Below, one piece after another: positions 1 through 9,803 of a stretch of 64,000 nucleotides of DNA. Both the position numbers and the translations under genes were made by a program. Within the stretch, counting starts at the first letter, position 1. Each line of letters begins with the position of its first letter. This DNA is from Fidelibacterota bacterium (GTDB taxonomy: Bacteria > Fidelibacterota > Marinisomatia > Marinisomatales > UBA1611), in the NCBI GenBank assembly GCA_002708715.1, contig PAPB01000035.1, positions 22,285-86,284 of the forward strand. Direction: 5' to 3'. Under the pieces are notes generated by a model that saw nothing but the letters and a program-made list of their open reading frames with translations, was not told where the DNA came from and did no database searches.

Positions 1-1848
1 AAAATGCTTAAAATGAAGGAAAAGATCGGATTACATATCAAAAAATCAATTGATTTAAATCAAATCCATAGTCAAGTAGGTATCAGAGAAAATAAAAAAA
101 TAGCAAAAAGAGTAGCAGCTGAAGCAATAACCTGTGTAAAACTAGAAAAAGATTTACTTCCAATTTCAAAATTATCAGATAGTCCTATTTATGTTATTGA
201 TATATATGATTATAAATATGATCACTCTATTTCAAATATAACGAAAGGATTAATTAGTACTGGATTAAATATTAAACCATATCAGATTGATGAATCAGAT
301 TCAAAAAAAATAATGCATGCTATCCTTGATGAGATACCTTCAGGTGCTAATACCATAATCAATACTTTTGTGACACATAAAGCTTGGAAGGATAGAATAT
401 CTCTTCCAGAAAACGAATTATACTTCATTAACAGATTACAAGAAAAAACGAATAATATTGTTTTGGGAAGTCTTGGTAATCCATACGTTATCCAAAGTTT
501 TCCTGATATTCCTGTTTATATTTGCGCATACAAAGATAATTTATTGATGCAAGATGCGTATATGAATGCCATTTTAGGGAAAGTTGCGATATCTGGAAAA
601 TTACCAATTTCTATCCCAGGCATTGCAGAAATAGGACAAGGTATAATTGTTGAAAAATATACACCAAAGCATAGTTCAAAAGTCTATAAACCTGGAACTG
701 AAGTCAAAAGGGTTTTGCCAGAAGAAATAAATGCTAATACTGATAATATTATTAAATTTTTGAATGAAGCTGTAGATGACAAAGCTTTCCCTGGCGCTGT
801 ATTACTTGCATCAAAAAATGGTAAAATTTTTCTTCATGAAGCTGCAGGATATCACACCTATAATAAAATACACAAAATGCGGAAAAGTGATATATTTGAC
901 TTGGCATCTATCACAAAAGTTGTTTCTACAACATCAGCGATTATGAAATTATATGATGAAGGGTTAATCAATTTACAAACACCAGTGACAAAATATTTGC
1001 CTGCTTTTAAAGGGAAAAATAATAAATATTTTTCCCATAAAGAAAAAATAACAATTGAGCACCTATTAACACATACTAGTGGTCTTCCGCCTTTTAGACA
1101 ATATTATCTAATGGAAGGGGATATTGAATCACGGGTTGATAGTATCTATAATACTATACCTATTTATAGTCTAGCTGACACTATGGTTTACTCGGATGTT
1201 GGGATTATTGTTTTAGGTAAGATTATTGAGGAAATTACCGGAATTTCTATTGAAAAGTATTCTAAACAAAATATTTTCGATCCACTCGGTATGACTGCGA
1301 CTATGTATAACCCTATTAGAAAAAAAATGCATAGGGTGGTACCAACAGAAATAAATAAAGAAAACTCTCTTATAAAAGGATATGTCCATGATGAGAATGC
1401 GCTTAGTCTTGGTGGAGTGGCAGGCCATGCGGGCTTATTTTCTACCGCTAAAGATTTGGCACTATTTGCACAGATGATGTTAAATAATGGTATATATAGA
1501 TGGGAGAGAATTTTTACGCCTGAAACTGTAAAGCTTTTCACAAGTAAATCTTTTATTATTGATGGAAGCTCTAGATGTCTTGGTTGGGATAGTCCTTCTG
1601 GAAAAGCATCTGGTGGGTTGTATATGAGTGACAATAGTTATGGGCACAATGGTTTTACTGGAACAAGTATGTGGATTGATGTGGACAATGATATTTTTGT
1701 GATTTTATTATCGAATGCTGTACATCCAAATAGAAATAATAAAAATCCGACTTATTTTGATTGGAGGCAAAGGTTACATTCATTAGTTTACCAATCTCTA
1801 GGATTTGAAAATGAAAATCCCAAACTTGAATGGCGTAAGCAATGGTAG
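1..1848 (+). CDS. Fusion protein, 5' end outside the window: GH3 (NagZ-type) C-terminal region plus a beta-lactamase-fold serine hydrolase
   Basis: The frame is open to nt 1. The C-terminal half carries SxxK (ASITK), YSD and HNGFTGT..WID motifs typical of class-C beta-lactamase/esterase-like hydrolases. The first ~220 aa resemble the C-terminal domain of long NagZ-like GH3 enzymes; that part is a recollection, not a search result. Confidence 0.7.
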   Translation, partial: KMLKMKEKIGLHIKKSIDLNQIHSQVGIRENKKIAKRVAAEAITCVKLEKDLLPISKLSDSPIYVIDIYDYKYDHSISNITKGLISTGLNIKPYQIDESDSKKIMHAILDEIPSGANTIINTFVTHKAWKDRISLPENELYFINRLQEKTNNIVLGSLGNPYVIQSFPDIPVYICAYKDNLLMQDAYMNAILGKVAISGKLPISIPGIAEIGQGIIVEKYTPKHSSKVYKPGTEVKRVLPEEINANTDNIIKFLNEAVDDKAFPGAVLLASKNGKIFLHEAAGYHTYNKIHKMRKSDIFDLASITKVVSTTSAIMKLYDEGLINLQTPVTKYLPAFKGKNNKYFSHKEKITIEHLLTHTSGLPPFRQYYLMEGDIESRVDSIYNTIPIYSLADTMVYSDVGIIVLGKIIEEITGISIEKYSKQNIFDPLGMTATMYNPIRKKMHRVVPTEINKENSLIKGYVHDENALSLGGVAGHAGLFSTAKDLALFAQMMLNNGIYRWERIFTPETVKLFTSKSFIIDGSSRCLGWDSPSGKASGGLYMSDNSYGHNGFTGTSMWIDVDNDIFVILLSNAVHPNRNNKNPTYFDWRQRLHSLVYQSLGFENENPKLEWRKQW

Positions 1849-3194
1849 TTAAAAAAAGATTTATTTACTTTTTGTTTCCAATAATTTTAAGCATTTCTTT
1901 TGCAAGTCGTGTTGTTGGATATTACCCTTATTGGGTTCAAAATACGCTCTTACCTCAAAATATTGATCTAGAAACATTTACTCATATTAATCATGCTTTT
2001 GCATGGCCAGATGCGAATGGTGGAATAATCGCTCCAAATAATTCATTTTTTAATGTTGCGACATCGAGCTATATCCATGACCTAGATAGGAAATTCATCC
2101 TTTCTTTAGGTGGAGGAGGGCAGGGTCAAGGATTTGCCACCTCTACCTCAACATATGATATTAGAGCAGTTTTTATAGAGAATATTATTGATAAGCTTAT
2201 TACCTATGGTTATGATGGAGTTGATATTGACTGGGAGCATCCTCAATCAGCCGAGCAAAGGAATAACCTCACCCAATTTATTCAAGAATTAGATTCCACA
2301 TTCAATGCCTTTGATCCTGAGTTGTTAATAACCATGGCAGTTCCCATATCAAATTGGTCTGGGCAGTGGTATGATTTTAATAGCCTAAAATTGTATGTGG
2401 ATTATTTTAATGCAATGACGTATGATATCCATGGAGGGTGGAGTTCACATGCAGGTCATAATTCACCTTTATATCAATCTCCACAGGGTGACCCCGATGG
2501 GTCAGTTCAGACAGGGATAAATTATTTAATAAGCAGTGGAATCCCTCAAGAAAAAATAAATATGGGTATACCTTTTTGGGGCAAGCAATATAATACATCT
2601 ACAATTAATGGAAGTTTTTCTGGTACTGTTCTTGATTTATATTACAATGAAATTACTTCACTCATTGGTAATGGGTGGGTTTACGAATGGGATAATGTTG
2701 CTAAGTGTCCTTATCTTGTGAAAGATGATCAAACAAAAATTATCACCTATGATAATCCTCTTTCAGTACAGTATAAATGTAATTATGCAAAACTTAGAAA
2801 TCTTGGAGGGGTTATGGTATGGGCATTAGGGTATGATGAAATGGATGGAGATGAGACTCTTACAGGGGCAATTAATATGTATTGGTTATCAGCATCGAAT
2901 CGTGATTTTAACATTTTACCAAATGATGTTAGTCTAGCTGTATTTCCTAATCCATTCAATCCAAGAACAAAAATAAAATTTGAACTACATAAAGCTGACA
3001 ATATTCGTATCAATATATACAATATTAGAGGGGTAAAAATGGGGACGGTAATAAATGACTATTTTAAGGCAGGAACTCACGTAATGAATTATTATCCAGA
3101 ATCCAATCATGATAATATTTCTAGTGGCATTTATTTTTTGGAACTGGAAACTTCTACAAAAAGATTGACAGAAAAAATATTATATTTAAAATAA
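1842..3194 (+). CDS. GH18 chitinase / endo-beta-N-acetylglucosaminidase-like enzyme with a T9SS C-terminal sorting domain
   Basis: It has an N-terminal signal peptide and the GH18 catalytic motif DGVDIDWEHP (DxxDxDxE). The C-terminus (VFPNPFNPRTKIKFEL...GIYFLELE...ILYLK) matches the Por-secretion-tail pattern. The ATG overlaps the upstream stop (ATGGTAG). Confidence 0.85.
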   Translation: MVVKKRFIYFLFPIILSISFASRVVGYYPYWVQNTLLPQNIDLETFTHINHAFAWPDANGGIIAPNNSFFNVATSSYIHDLDRKFILSLGGGGQGQGFATSTSTYDIRAVFIENIIDKLITYGYDGVDIDWEHPQSAEQRNNLTQFIQELDSTFNAFDPELLITMAVPISNWSGQWYDFNSLKLYVDYFNAMTYDIHGGWSSHAGHNSPLYQSPQGDPDGSVQTGINYLISSGIPQEKINMGIPFWGKQYNTSTINGSFSGTVLDLYYNEITSLIGNGWVYEWDNVAKCPYLVKDDQTKIITYDNPLSVQYKCNYAKLRNLGGVMVWALGYDEMDGDETLTGAINMYWLSASNRDFNILPNDVSLAVFPNPFNPRTKIKFELHKADNIRINIYNIRGVKMGTVINDYFKAGTHVMNYYPESNHDNISSGIYFLELETSTKRLTEKILYLK

Positions 3195-3195
3195 A

Positions 3196-4515
3196 TCAGT
3201 CATAGAGGTAATATTTAGAAGATTTTTTAATAAATCTATTTATATCATTTCTCTGTTTCATAAGAAAATCAAATACGGATTCCTCTATACTAATTTCATC
3301 CGAGTTGGCTCCACTGTTTAGGTAGTTTGATAGAGATTTATCCCCATAGAGCTTATTTAGTGTTTTAGCATTAAATTGAAATTGATCTTTGTAAAGATTT
3401 TTTATCATATAGAGTTCGTAAAGCGCCGTTTCTAAAGATTTATATCTATATTTATCGGTTATTTCCAAAGAACTCCCGTAGCAAGTTTGATTTTTAAATT
3501 TTGGTTTTAATGTTTTCCCAGGTATGGATTCTGGAGAAAACTTAGTAAAACTAATTTCCACTCCATTAAGGTTTATATTTTGTAGTTTTTCAATTAACGT
3601 ATTAGTTATCCACGGAGCGCCAATCTGTTTAAATGGTCTTTTTGTACCGCGGCCTTCACTAATATTTGTAGCTTCAATTAGACACCTGCCAGGATATACA
3701 ATCGCGGTTTCGAGATCTGGAATATTTGGAGAAGGTGCAACCCATGGTAATCCTGTTTTATTAAAATACATTGATCTTTTCCAACCATCCATTTTTACAA
3801 TTGTTAAATTTTTTGGTATAGATGATAACCAATTTTCATTTACTGCCATATTGGTAAGTTCGCCAACGGTCATCCCATATCGAATGGGTATGGGATAATA
3901 ACCTATAAATGATTTGAATGAATTATCAAGAATAGGGCCTTCAATTATTTCTCCTCCAATTGGATTTGGTCTATCGAAAACCATTACATCTATACCATTT
4001 TCCGATGCAGCTTCAATAACCATTCCAAGAGTGGATATGTAGGTGTAGAACCTGGCGCCAATATCTTGGATATCATAAATAATTAAATCAATTCCTTTTA
4101 GCATTGCACTAGTTGGTTTTCTATTTTTGCCGTATAAAGATATAATCTCTACTTTTTTAAAATTTTTATTTTCATAGTTAATTTTTGCGCCAGCACTTGC
4201 TTCGCCAAAGAAACCATGCTCTGGAGCAAAAATCTTTTTTAAAAATAAATTCGGACTTTCTTGAAAAATTTTATAATTATTTTTAGAATTTCTCGTTATA
4301 CCAGTATGATTAGTAACTAAGCCGATAGTTTTATTCTTAAGAATATTTGGATAATCTTCAAGCAAAACATCTAAGCCAGTCCTCACAGAACCATTTTTTT
4401 GGGTAGTTATTGGTTTAAGAATTTTTACATTATTGATGGGAGATCGACAACTAAGTAATAAGATAAGTAATATTAAAAGATATTTCTTCACAACTTGATT
4501 TAGATTATTTCGCAA
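3196..4515 (-). CDS. namZ: DUF1343 family protein (exo-beta-N-acetylmuramidase NamZ-like)
   Basis: 439 aa with a lipoprotein-like leader (LLLSC). The blocks GLVTNHTGI, FAPEHGFFG, SLYG, DIQDIGARFYTY, FDRPNPIGG and RYGMTVGE are characteristic of DUF1343/NamZ. Confidence 0.75.
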   Translation of the reverse strand: MRNNLNQVVKKYLLILLILLLSCRSPINNVKILKPITTQKNGSVRTGLDVLLEDYPNILKNKTIGLVTNHTGITRNSKNNYKIFQESPNLFLKKIFAPEHGFFGEASAGAKINYENKNFKKVEIISLYGKNRKPTSAMLKGIDLIIYDIQDIGARFYTYISTLGMVIEAASENGIDVMVFDRPNPIGGEIIEGPILDNSFKSFIGYYPIPIRYGMTVGELTNMAVNENWLSSIPKNLTIVKMDGWKRSMYFNKTGLPWVAPSPNIPDLETAIVYPGRCLIEATNISEGRGTKRPFKQIGAPWITNTLIEKLQNINLNGVEISFTKFSPESIPGKTLKPKFKNQTCYGSSLEITDKYRYKSLETALYELYMIKNLYKDQFQFNAKTLNKLYGDKSLSNYLNSGANSDEISIEESVFDFLMKQRNDINRFIKKSSKYYLYD

Positions 4516-4575
4516 TTATAAGTTAAAATTATTCTTCATATAAAACTATGTTAAGACCAAATAAGGAGCCTACTC

Positions 4576-5988
4576 ATTCATTGGATTGATATTATAATTA
4601 TTTTAACCTTTTTAACTGGATTTATCATTTTTGGATGGTATCAAGGTAAGCAAAATACATCATCTAAAGATTACTTTTTAGGGAATAAATCTTTACCATG
4701 GGTTATTGCAATGTTTTCTATAGTTGCAACGGAAACGTCAGTATTAACCTTTATCAGCGTTCCAGGTCTTGCTTATCGTGGGGATTGGACTTTTCTGCAG
4801 TTGGGTTTTGGTTATATTCTTGGAAGAGTCTTTGTTAGCTTTTTTTTCCTTCCGAAATATTTTACATCTGGAGTTACATCTATCTATCAAATAATAGGTA
4901 ATAGATTTGGCCAGAATATTCAAAAAGTTGCATCCATCATTTTCCTTATTACTCGCGTTTTGGCAGATGGTATAAGGTTTTTAGCAACTGCTGTCATTGT
5001 TCAAGTTATTACTGGATGGACATTAATATCCTCAGTGATTTTAATTGGTGTAATTACATTAGTTTATGTTGTCATAGGTGGTCTTAAAATAATAATATGG
5101 ATCGATAGTGTACAATTTTTTCTCTATCTACTTGGAGGATGTATAACGATCTTTTTTATAATGTATAATGCAGAGGATAGTTTCGGAAATATTTGGTCTG
5201 GTTTAATTTACTCTGATAAAATACAGATATTTAGCTTTTCAGGAAGCATGTTTGATGATCCATACCTTTTTATAAATGCATTAATAGGCGGGATGTTTCT
5301 CTCTCTCTCCTCTCACGGTGTAGACTACATGATGGTTCAGCGAGTCTTAAGTGTTAAAGATTTAAGATCTGGTCAAAAAGCTATGATTGGAAGTGGAATT
5401 TTCGTTTTGATTCAATTTACAATTTTTTTATTTGCTGGATCTCTAATTTTTTATTTATTTGAAGGAGCCATAATAAATAAAGATCGTGAATTCAGCACTT
5501 TTATTGTAGAATATTTACCTGTTGGATTAAAGGGTTTCTTGTTGGCGGGAATTTTATCAGCTGCGATGTCAACTTTGAGCTCATCGATAAATGCGCTTGC
5601 TTCTTCCACTTTAATTGATTTATTCAAAGGTGAACCTTCCTTATTATCTTCTAGATTGATGAGTTTATTTTGGGCTATAATTTTAATTGGAATAGCACTG
5701 ATTTTCGATGAAAGTGACTCTGCAATTGTAATCATTGGATTACAAATAGCATCATTTACATATGGTGGACTATTGGGATTGTTTATTTTGAGTAAGTTTA
5801 ATAAAGAATTCAATTCTATAAGTTTAATTATTGGGCTAGTATGTAGTCTTTTGATTGTATTTTATCTGAAATACTTGGGAATTGCATGGACTTGGTTTAT
5901 TTTAATTTCTGTAATTGTGAACATAACCATAACAATTATAGTTGAAAAATTGGTAACTAGATCAGGGGAGAATTCGCTTCACATATAA
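4576..5988 (+). CDS. Sodium:solute symporter family transporter (start codon uncertain)
   Basis: A polytopic hydrophobic protein. The SSF N-terminal signature DYFLGNKSLPW..ATETS and a first TM helix lie upstream of the first ATG (4711) in the same frame. That frame is open back to the stop at 4552-4554 and contains no ATG, GTG or TTG. AAGGAG at 4563-4568 is followed 7 nt later by an in-frame ATT at 4576. Confidence 0.75.
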   Translation: MHWIDIIIILTFLTGFIIFGWYQGKQNTSSKDYFLGNKSLPWVIAMFSIVATETSVLTFISVPGLAYRGDWTFLQLGFGYILGRVFVSFFFLPKYFTSGVTSIYQIIGNRFGQNIQKVASIIFLITRVLADGIRFLATAVIVQVITGWTLISSVILIGVITLVYVVIGGLKIIIWIDSVQFFLYLLGGCITIFFIMYNAEDSFGNIWSGLIYSDKIQIFSFSGSMFDDPYLFINALIGGMFLSLSSHGVDYMMVQRVLSVKDLRSGQKAMIGSGIFVLIQFTIFLFAGSLIFYLFEGAIINKDREFSTFIVEYLPVGLKGFLLAGILSAAMSTLSSSINALASSTLIDLFKGEPSLLSSRLMSLFWAIILIGIALIFDESDSAIVIIGLQIASFTYGGLLGLFILSKFNKEFNSISLIIGLVCSLLIVFYLKYLGIAWTWFILISVIVNITITIIVEKLVTRSGENSLHI

Positions 5989-7071
5989 AAATGATTTAGA
6001 TCTTTGATATGCAAAATCAGGAGACTCTTTATCTAGAGAATTTACCTTTACCATGCCTCCCTGATGAATAAATTCTTTTTTCCCTGCACTTATTCCAACG
6101 TGAGTGACTCTATCTTTTTCACCGAAAAATAATAGATCTCCAGCTAAAATATTATCCCATGTCTCATTAGGGATGATTTTTGTTCCTAATAATGCCTGCT
6201 GTCTTGCATCTCTAGGGAGCTGGATCCCTTGAGATTTAAAAACTGTCTGAGTAAACCCTGAACAATCATTTGCTTTGGATGAGTTTCCTCCCCATAAATA
6301 TGGAGTCCCAGTCATTCTATAAGCCTCGAATAACAATTTTTTAGTATTAATAGACTGGATTAATGTAGTGCCTATTGGTTTAAGGTTTTTTTCCCTAGCA
6401 AATCCAGAACGTCCATCTGGTAAAATAACTGATATCCAATTGTTATTATTCTTTTTGCCGATAAATATATTATTTAAAATGATATCAGTAATGGGTTGAC
6501 TAGTTTCATATGGCAGAGAGAATATTGAGGCATGTAATGCGCTAACTTTATAGTTAGTTGCATTTTCCCATTTTTTTATACCAATGGAATCCGTTACAAT
6601 AATTCCAGTTTTGTTAATCCAGCCAACATAATCATAATCAGTCTGTATAAGATACCACCCATCTTTCTCTTGAAGTAGTTTAGTTATATTTCCCATTATT
6701 GCTTGATCTATCATTTGGCTGGAGTGCTTAGGTTTTTCCCTTATGGGAGTAACGCTTACATTAATAATCCCAAAGACGCTATCACCAAGGGATGAGTCTG
6801 GTAACAATAACAGATTATTTATTATGTTGTCCTTTCCAAATAATGAATCTGTGAATTCAAGAATACGAACATATGCGGGCTTTGTTGTCATTTCGCCAGA
6901 GAGTATCCATTTTTTATCAATTCTATCTAAGCTGATAGAAAAAACGGATAGTGTTTTATCAGTAATATATATTTCTTCAATTTTCTTAATTTGATTGTTA
7001 AAAGTTGTTTTTAGTTTTTTCTCTCCATTACAATTGATAAAGAATAATAAAAGACTGATAATGAAATACAT
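5962..7071 (-). CDS. NlpC/P60 (C40) peptidoglycan peptidase with SH3b-like domains, YkfC-like gamma-D-Glu-diamino-acid endopeptidase; lipoprotein
   Basis: The C-terminal block NDCSGFTQTVF...GDLLFF...THVGI carries the NlpC/P60 Cys and His. The upstream region looks like SH3b repeats. The start is placed at the Met of MYFIISLLLFFINC (lipobox), not at 7161, which would overlap the upstream gene by 50 nt. Confidence 0.75.
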   Translation of the reverse strand: MYFIISLLLFFINCNGEKKLKTTFNNQIKKIEEIYITDKTLSVFSISLDRIDKKWILSGEMTTKPAYVRILEFTDSLFGKDNIINNLLLLPDSSLGDSVFGIINVSVTPIREKPKHSSQMIDQAIMGNITKLLQEKDGWYLIQTDYDYVGWINKTGIIVTDSIGIKKWENATNYKVSALHASIFSLPYETSQPITDIILNNIFIGKKNNNNWISVILPDGRSGFAREKNLKPIGTTLIQSINTKKLLFEAYRMTGTPYLWGGNSSKANDCSGFTQTVFKSQGIQLPRDARQQALLGTKIIPNETWDNILAGDLLFFGEKDRVTHVGISAGKKEFIHQGGMVKVNSLDKESPDFAYQRSKSFLYVKRILP

Positions 7072-7111
7072 TTGATAGGAGATTATCCTTGTTAAATATA
7101 TAGACATTAGG

Positions 7112-8299
7112 TTACTCAACAATCTGATATTTATTTTTGGTTTCATCATAAGAGAAAGCATTAAAATGCCACCATTCTGAATTTAAAATACTAAAGCCCG
7201 CTTTTTGCATTACTTTACGAAGGATTCTTCGGTTCTCAACCTGCTCTTTTGAAAGCTTACCTAGATTTAATAAAGAATCTTCATAAATTGGAAAGGCAAG
7301 TGCTCCAAAATAGTCATATTTGGTTCCCATATCTAGCTCCATTCCATTTTTATAAGCAAGAGTTAGATCTATTGCTGCTCCATAATTATGTATTGAACCC
7401 TTTATAGGGTCTGCAACAAATTTAGTTCGTTCAGTTTCAGGTATGGTGTCAAGAGCGTTCCACAGTTTTTTTTGGATACTTCTTGGACGTAGACCATCGT
7501 ATACTAGTAAACGTAAATCTGGATTTAGTTCTTGTAAACTTTTACTAGCACTAACAAGCATTGCTGCAGGGGTTTTTCGTAAATAACAAGAATCCAATTC
7601 GCCGTAAATATCTTTTCCTAAAAAGTTATCTTGAGTTGAATATTTTAAATCTACAATTATACTTGGATCCAGTTCTTGAATATTCACAATTTCATCATTA
7701 TCGTTTTGGTTTGATACTATTGGATTTCCAAATAAAATTTGGCAAAAAAATACAGCTCCAATAATGCCAGCAAGATCAGCTAGAAGTCCAGCTATAAGGG
7801 CATGCCTTGATTTTCTTATGCCCACTGAACCAAAATAAACAGCAAGGACATAAAAGGTTGTTTCTGTTGAACCATACATAGTGGCTCCAATTTTTGATAT
7901 TAATGAATCTTGTCCATATCGATCTATTAGGTCAGTTAATAATCCAAGAGAGCCACTCCCTGAAAGTGGCCGCATCAAGGCAAGCGGAAGGTTCTCTGGA
8001 GGAAATCCCACGATATTTAAAAAAGGTGTTAAAAATAATAATAACATTTCCAAAGCTCCTGAAGCTCTGAACATACCAATTGCGACTAATATTGCTACAA
8101 GGTAGGGAATGATCCGAACTGCAATTGTGAAACCATCTTTTGCACCTTCTACGAATGATTCATATACTTTAACTTTTTTAAAGAAAAGACCGTAGAATGG
8201 GATTAAAACCAGTAGAAAAGGGATGATGTATCTTGATATTTGATTCGTGAGAATAACAAAAGAATCAATCATGATTTTTGCCATTTTTTGGATATTCAA
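7112..8299 (-). CDS. Fusion of a SpmB-like nucleoside-recognition/Gate membrane domain and a VanX/DdpX-type D-Ala-D-Ala dipeptidase (M15)
   Basis: The N-terminal ~190 aa are hydrophobic and SpmB-like (VYESFVEGAKDGF..IIPYLVAILVAIGMFRASGA). The C-terminal ~190 aa have the dipeptidase blocks DLKYSTQDNF, YDGLRPRSIQ, GSIHNYGAAIDLTL, ELDMGT and EWWHF. An alternative start at 8272 overlaps the spmA stop (ATGATTGA). Confidence 0.8.
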   Translation of the reverse strand: MNIQKMAKIMIDSFVILTNQISRYIIPFLLVLIPFYGLFFKKVKVYESFVEGAKDGFTIAVRIIPYLVAILVAIGMFRASGALEMLLLFLTPFLNIVGFPPENLPLALMRPLSGSGSLGLLTDLIDRYGQDSLISKIGATMYGSTETTFYVLAVYFGSVGIRKSRHALIAGLLADLAGIIGAVFFCQILFGNPIVSNQNDNDEIVNIQELDPSIIVDLKYSTQDNFLGKDIYGELDSCYLRKTPAAMLVSASKSLQELNPDLRLLVYDGLRPRSIQKKLWNALDTIPETERTKFVADPIKGSIHNYGAAIDLTLAYKNGMELDMGTKYDYFGALAFPIYEDSLLNLGKLSKEQVENRRILRKVMQKAGFSILNSEWWHFNAFSYDETKNKYQIVE

Positions 8300-8867
8300 A
8301 TCGTTTCATTTTTTCTAGAAATTTTACAGCTATGATAGCTGTTATTGTTGATAATCCTGTAGCTAAAATTGTAGTAATAAAGATTTGATTTGCCGCTGCG
8401 CCCATTAGAGCAACTACAGTGGCAGGTAAAATGATTTGAACACTAGATGTATTTATGGCTAAAAATGTACACATTGCATTTGTAGCTGTTTCTTTATCAT
8501 CATTTAATTCCTGTAACTCTTCCATTGCTTTAAGTCCTAATGGAGTAGCTGCATTACCAAGGCCAAGTATATTTGCAGCCATGTTGAGAATAATTGACCC
8601 GATAGCTGGATGATCAGATGGAATGTCTGGAAATAGCCATAGGGTAATGGGACGAAGACCTCGAGCTATGATACGAATTAGCCCAGCTTCCTCTGCAATC
8701 TTCATTATTCCAAGCCAAAGGGCCATGATGCCAATAAGGCCTAGAGCAATAGTAACTGCTGTTTTGGACATATCTATTGCTGCCTGTGTTACAGCATCAA
8801 TATTTCCAGTTATCGTTCCTACAATAACAGCAACAAACATCATTCCAAACCAAATATAGTTTAGCAT
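8265..8867 (-). CDS. spmA: SpmA-like nucleoside-recognition (Gate) domain membrane protein
   Basis: A 200 aa hydrophobic protein (MLNYIWFGMMF...GLIGIMALWLGIMKIAEEAGL) with the typical SpmA N-terminus. It sits immediately upstream of the SpmB-like gene. Confidence 0.7.
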   Translation of the reverse strand: MLNYIWFGMMFVAVIVGTITGNIDAVTQAAIDMSKTAVTIALGLIGIMALWLGIMKIAEEAGLIRIIARGLRPITLWLFPDIPSDHPAIGSIILNMAANILGLGNAATPLGLKAMEELQELNDDKETATNAMCTFLAINTSSVQIILPATVVALMGAAANQIFITTILATGLSTITAIIAVKFLEKMKRFEYPKNGKNHD

Positions 8868-9803
8868 TTAAGTCTCTTTTTGTACAGCTGTTTCAAGTAT
8901 CTCAATGTATGGTTTATTGGTTGCATTAAGCTCAACTGATAAAGATAGAGGTATTGTACATTGGTATTTACCATGTCCGCAAGGGAAATTAGATATAATT
9001 GGAATGTCTAAATCCCCACAAATATCCATCACAATTTCATCAGTATTCTTTCCAAAAGGTATGTCCTGATCTTTAAAATCAGATAATTCTCCTATTACTA
9101 GCCCTTTAATATTTTTAAACATTCCTGATTCATACATATGCATCATGTTTCTTTCAAAAGAATATAAATATTCGTCTACATCTTCCAAAAAAAGAATTAT
9201 ATCTTTTGTTATTAAGGCATCATTAGTTCCTAAACGGTTTATAAGTAAAGTCATATTGCCACCCCATATTTCCCCAATTCCAGTTCCTGATTTTAATATT
9301 TTCACAGGTAGTGAATTTGAAGAAAAAATTTTCTTTTTTCCCTTAAATTGGAGGATCTGTAGCATTTGATGATAGTTATATTTTATAAATTGTTCGTTAA
9401 AGCTAGATAACATGGGACCATGAAAAGTAATGAGGCCTGTTTTTTGAGTGATTGATGTTAAATACGCTGTTATATCACTATATCCTAAAAATATTTTAGG
9501 ATTTTTTTTGATAATATCATAATCTAATAACGGTAATACTTTATTTGCGCCATACCCTCCACGTGCACAAATGATAACATCTATTGTTGGATCCTCAAAC
9601 ATATTATGAATATCATCAGCGCGATCTTGAGGTGTACCAGCAAAAGGTCCAAACCTTAAGAAATTACTTGTACCAAATTTTAAATTATATCCAAGGTCAG
9701 TAAAATATTTTGAAGTTTCCTCTAAGACTTTTTTATTAGGCCAATAAGATGGGCTTATAACGCCTATTGTTGAATTTGCTTTAAATTCTTTTGGTTTAAT
9801 CAT
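8868..9803 (-). CDS. ldcA: LD-carboxypeptidase (peptidase S66, LdcA/MccF family)
   Basis: It shows GVISPS, ARGGYG, the nucleophile elbow GYSDITA and FPCGHG (His), at an S66-typical size of 311 aa. Confidence 0.85.
   Translation of the reverse strand: MIKPKEFKANSTIGVISPSYWPNKKVLEETSKYFTDLGYNLKFGTSNFLRFGPFAGTPQDRADDIHNMFEDPTIDVIICARGGYGANKVLPLLDYDIIKKNPKIFLGYSDITAYLTSITQKTGLITFHGPMLSSFNEQFIKYNYHQMLQILQFKGKKKIFSSNSLPVKILKSGTGIGEIWGGNMTLLINRLGTNDALITKDIILFLEDVDEYLYSFERNMMHMYESGMFKNIKGLVIGELSDFKDQDIPFGKNTDEIVMDICGDLDIPIISNFPCGHGKYQCTIPLSLSVELNATNKPYIEILETAVQKET

Noticed and set aside
1188-1634. Antisense or overlapping ORFs of 60-148 aa inside longer genes. Examples are 1188..1634, 3524..3898, 5451..5813, 6743..6994, 8623..8859, 16028..16339, 35468..35710 and 60341..60598.
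   Set aside because: Each lies wholly within a longer ORF that has clear family motifs on the other strand or frame. Their translations are low-complexity with no recognisable motifs, which is typical of shadow ORFs in AT-rich DNA.
7072-7161. A 30-residue N-terminal extension of the NlpC/P60 ORF, overlapping the SpmB-dipeptidase gene.
   Set aside because: The internal Met at 7071 starts a canonical lipoprotein leader (MYFIISLLLFFINC), and the extension overlaps the upstream coding region.
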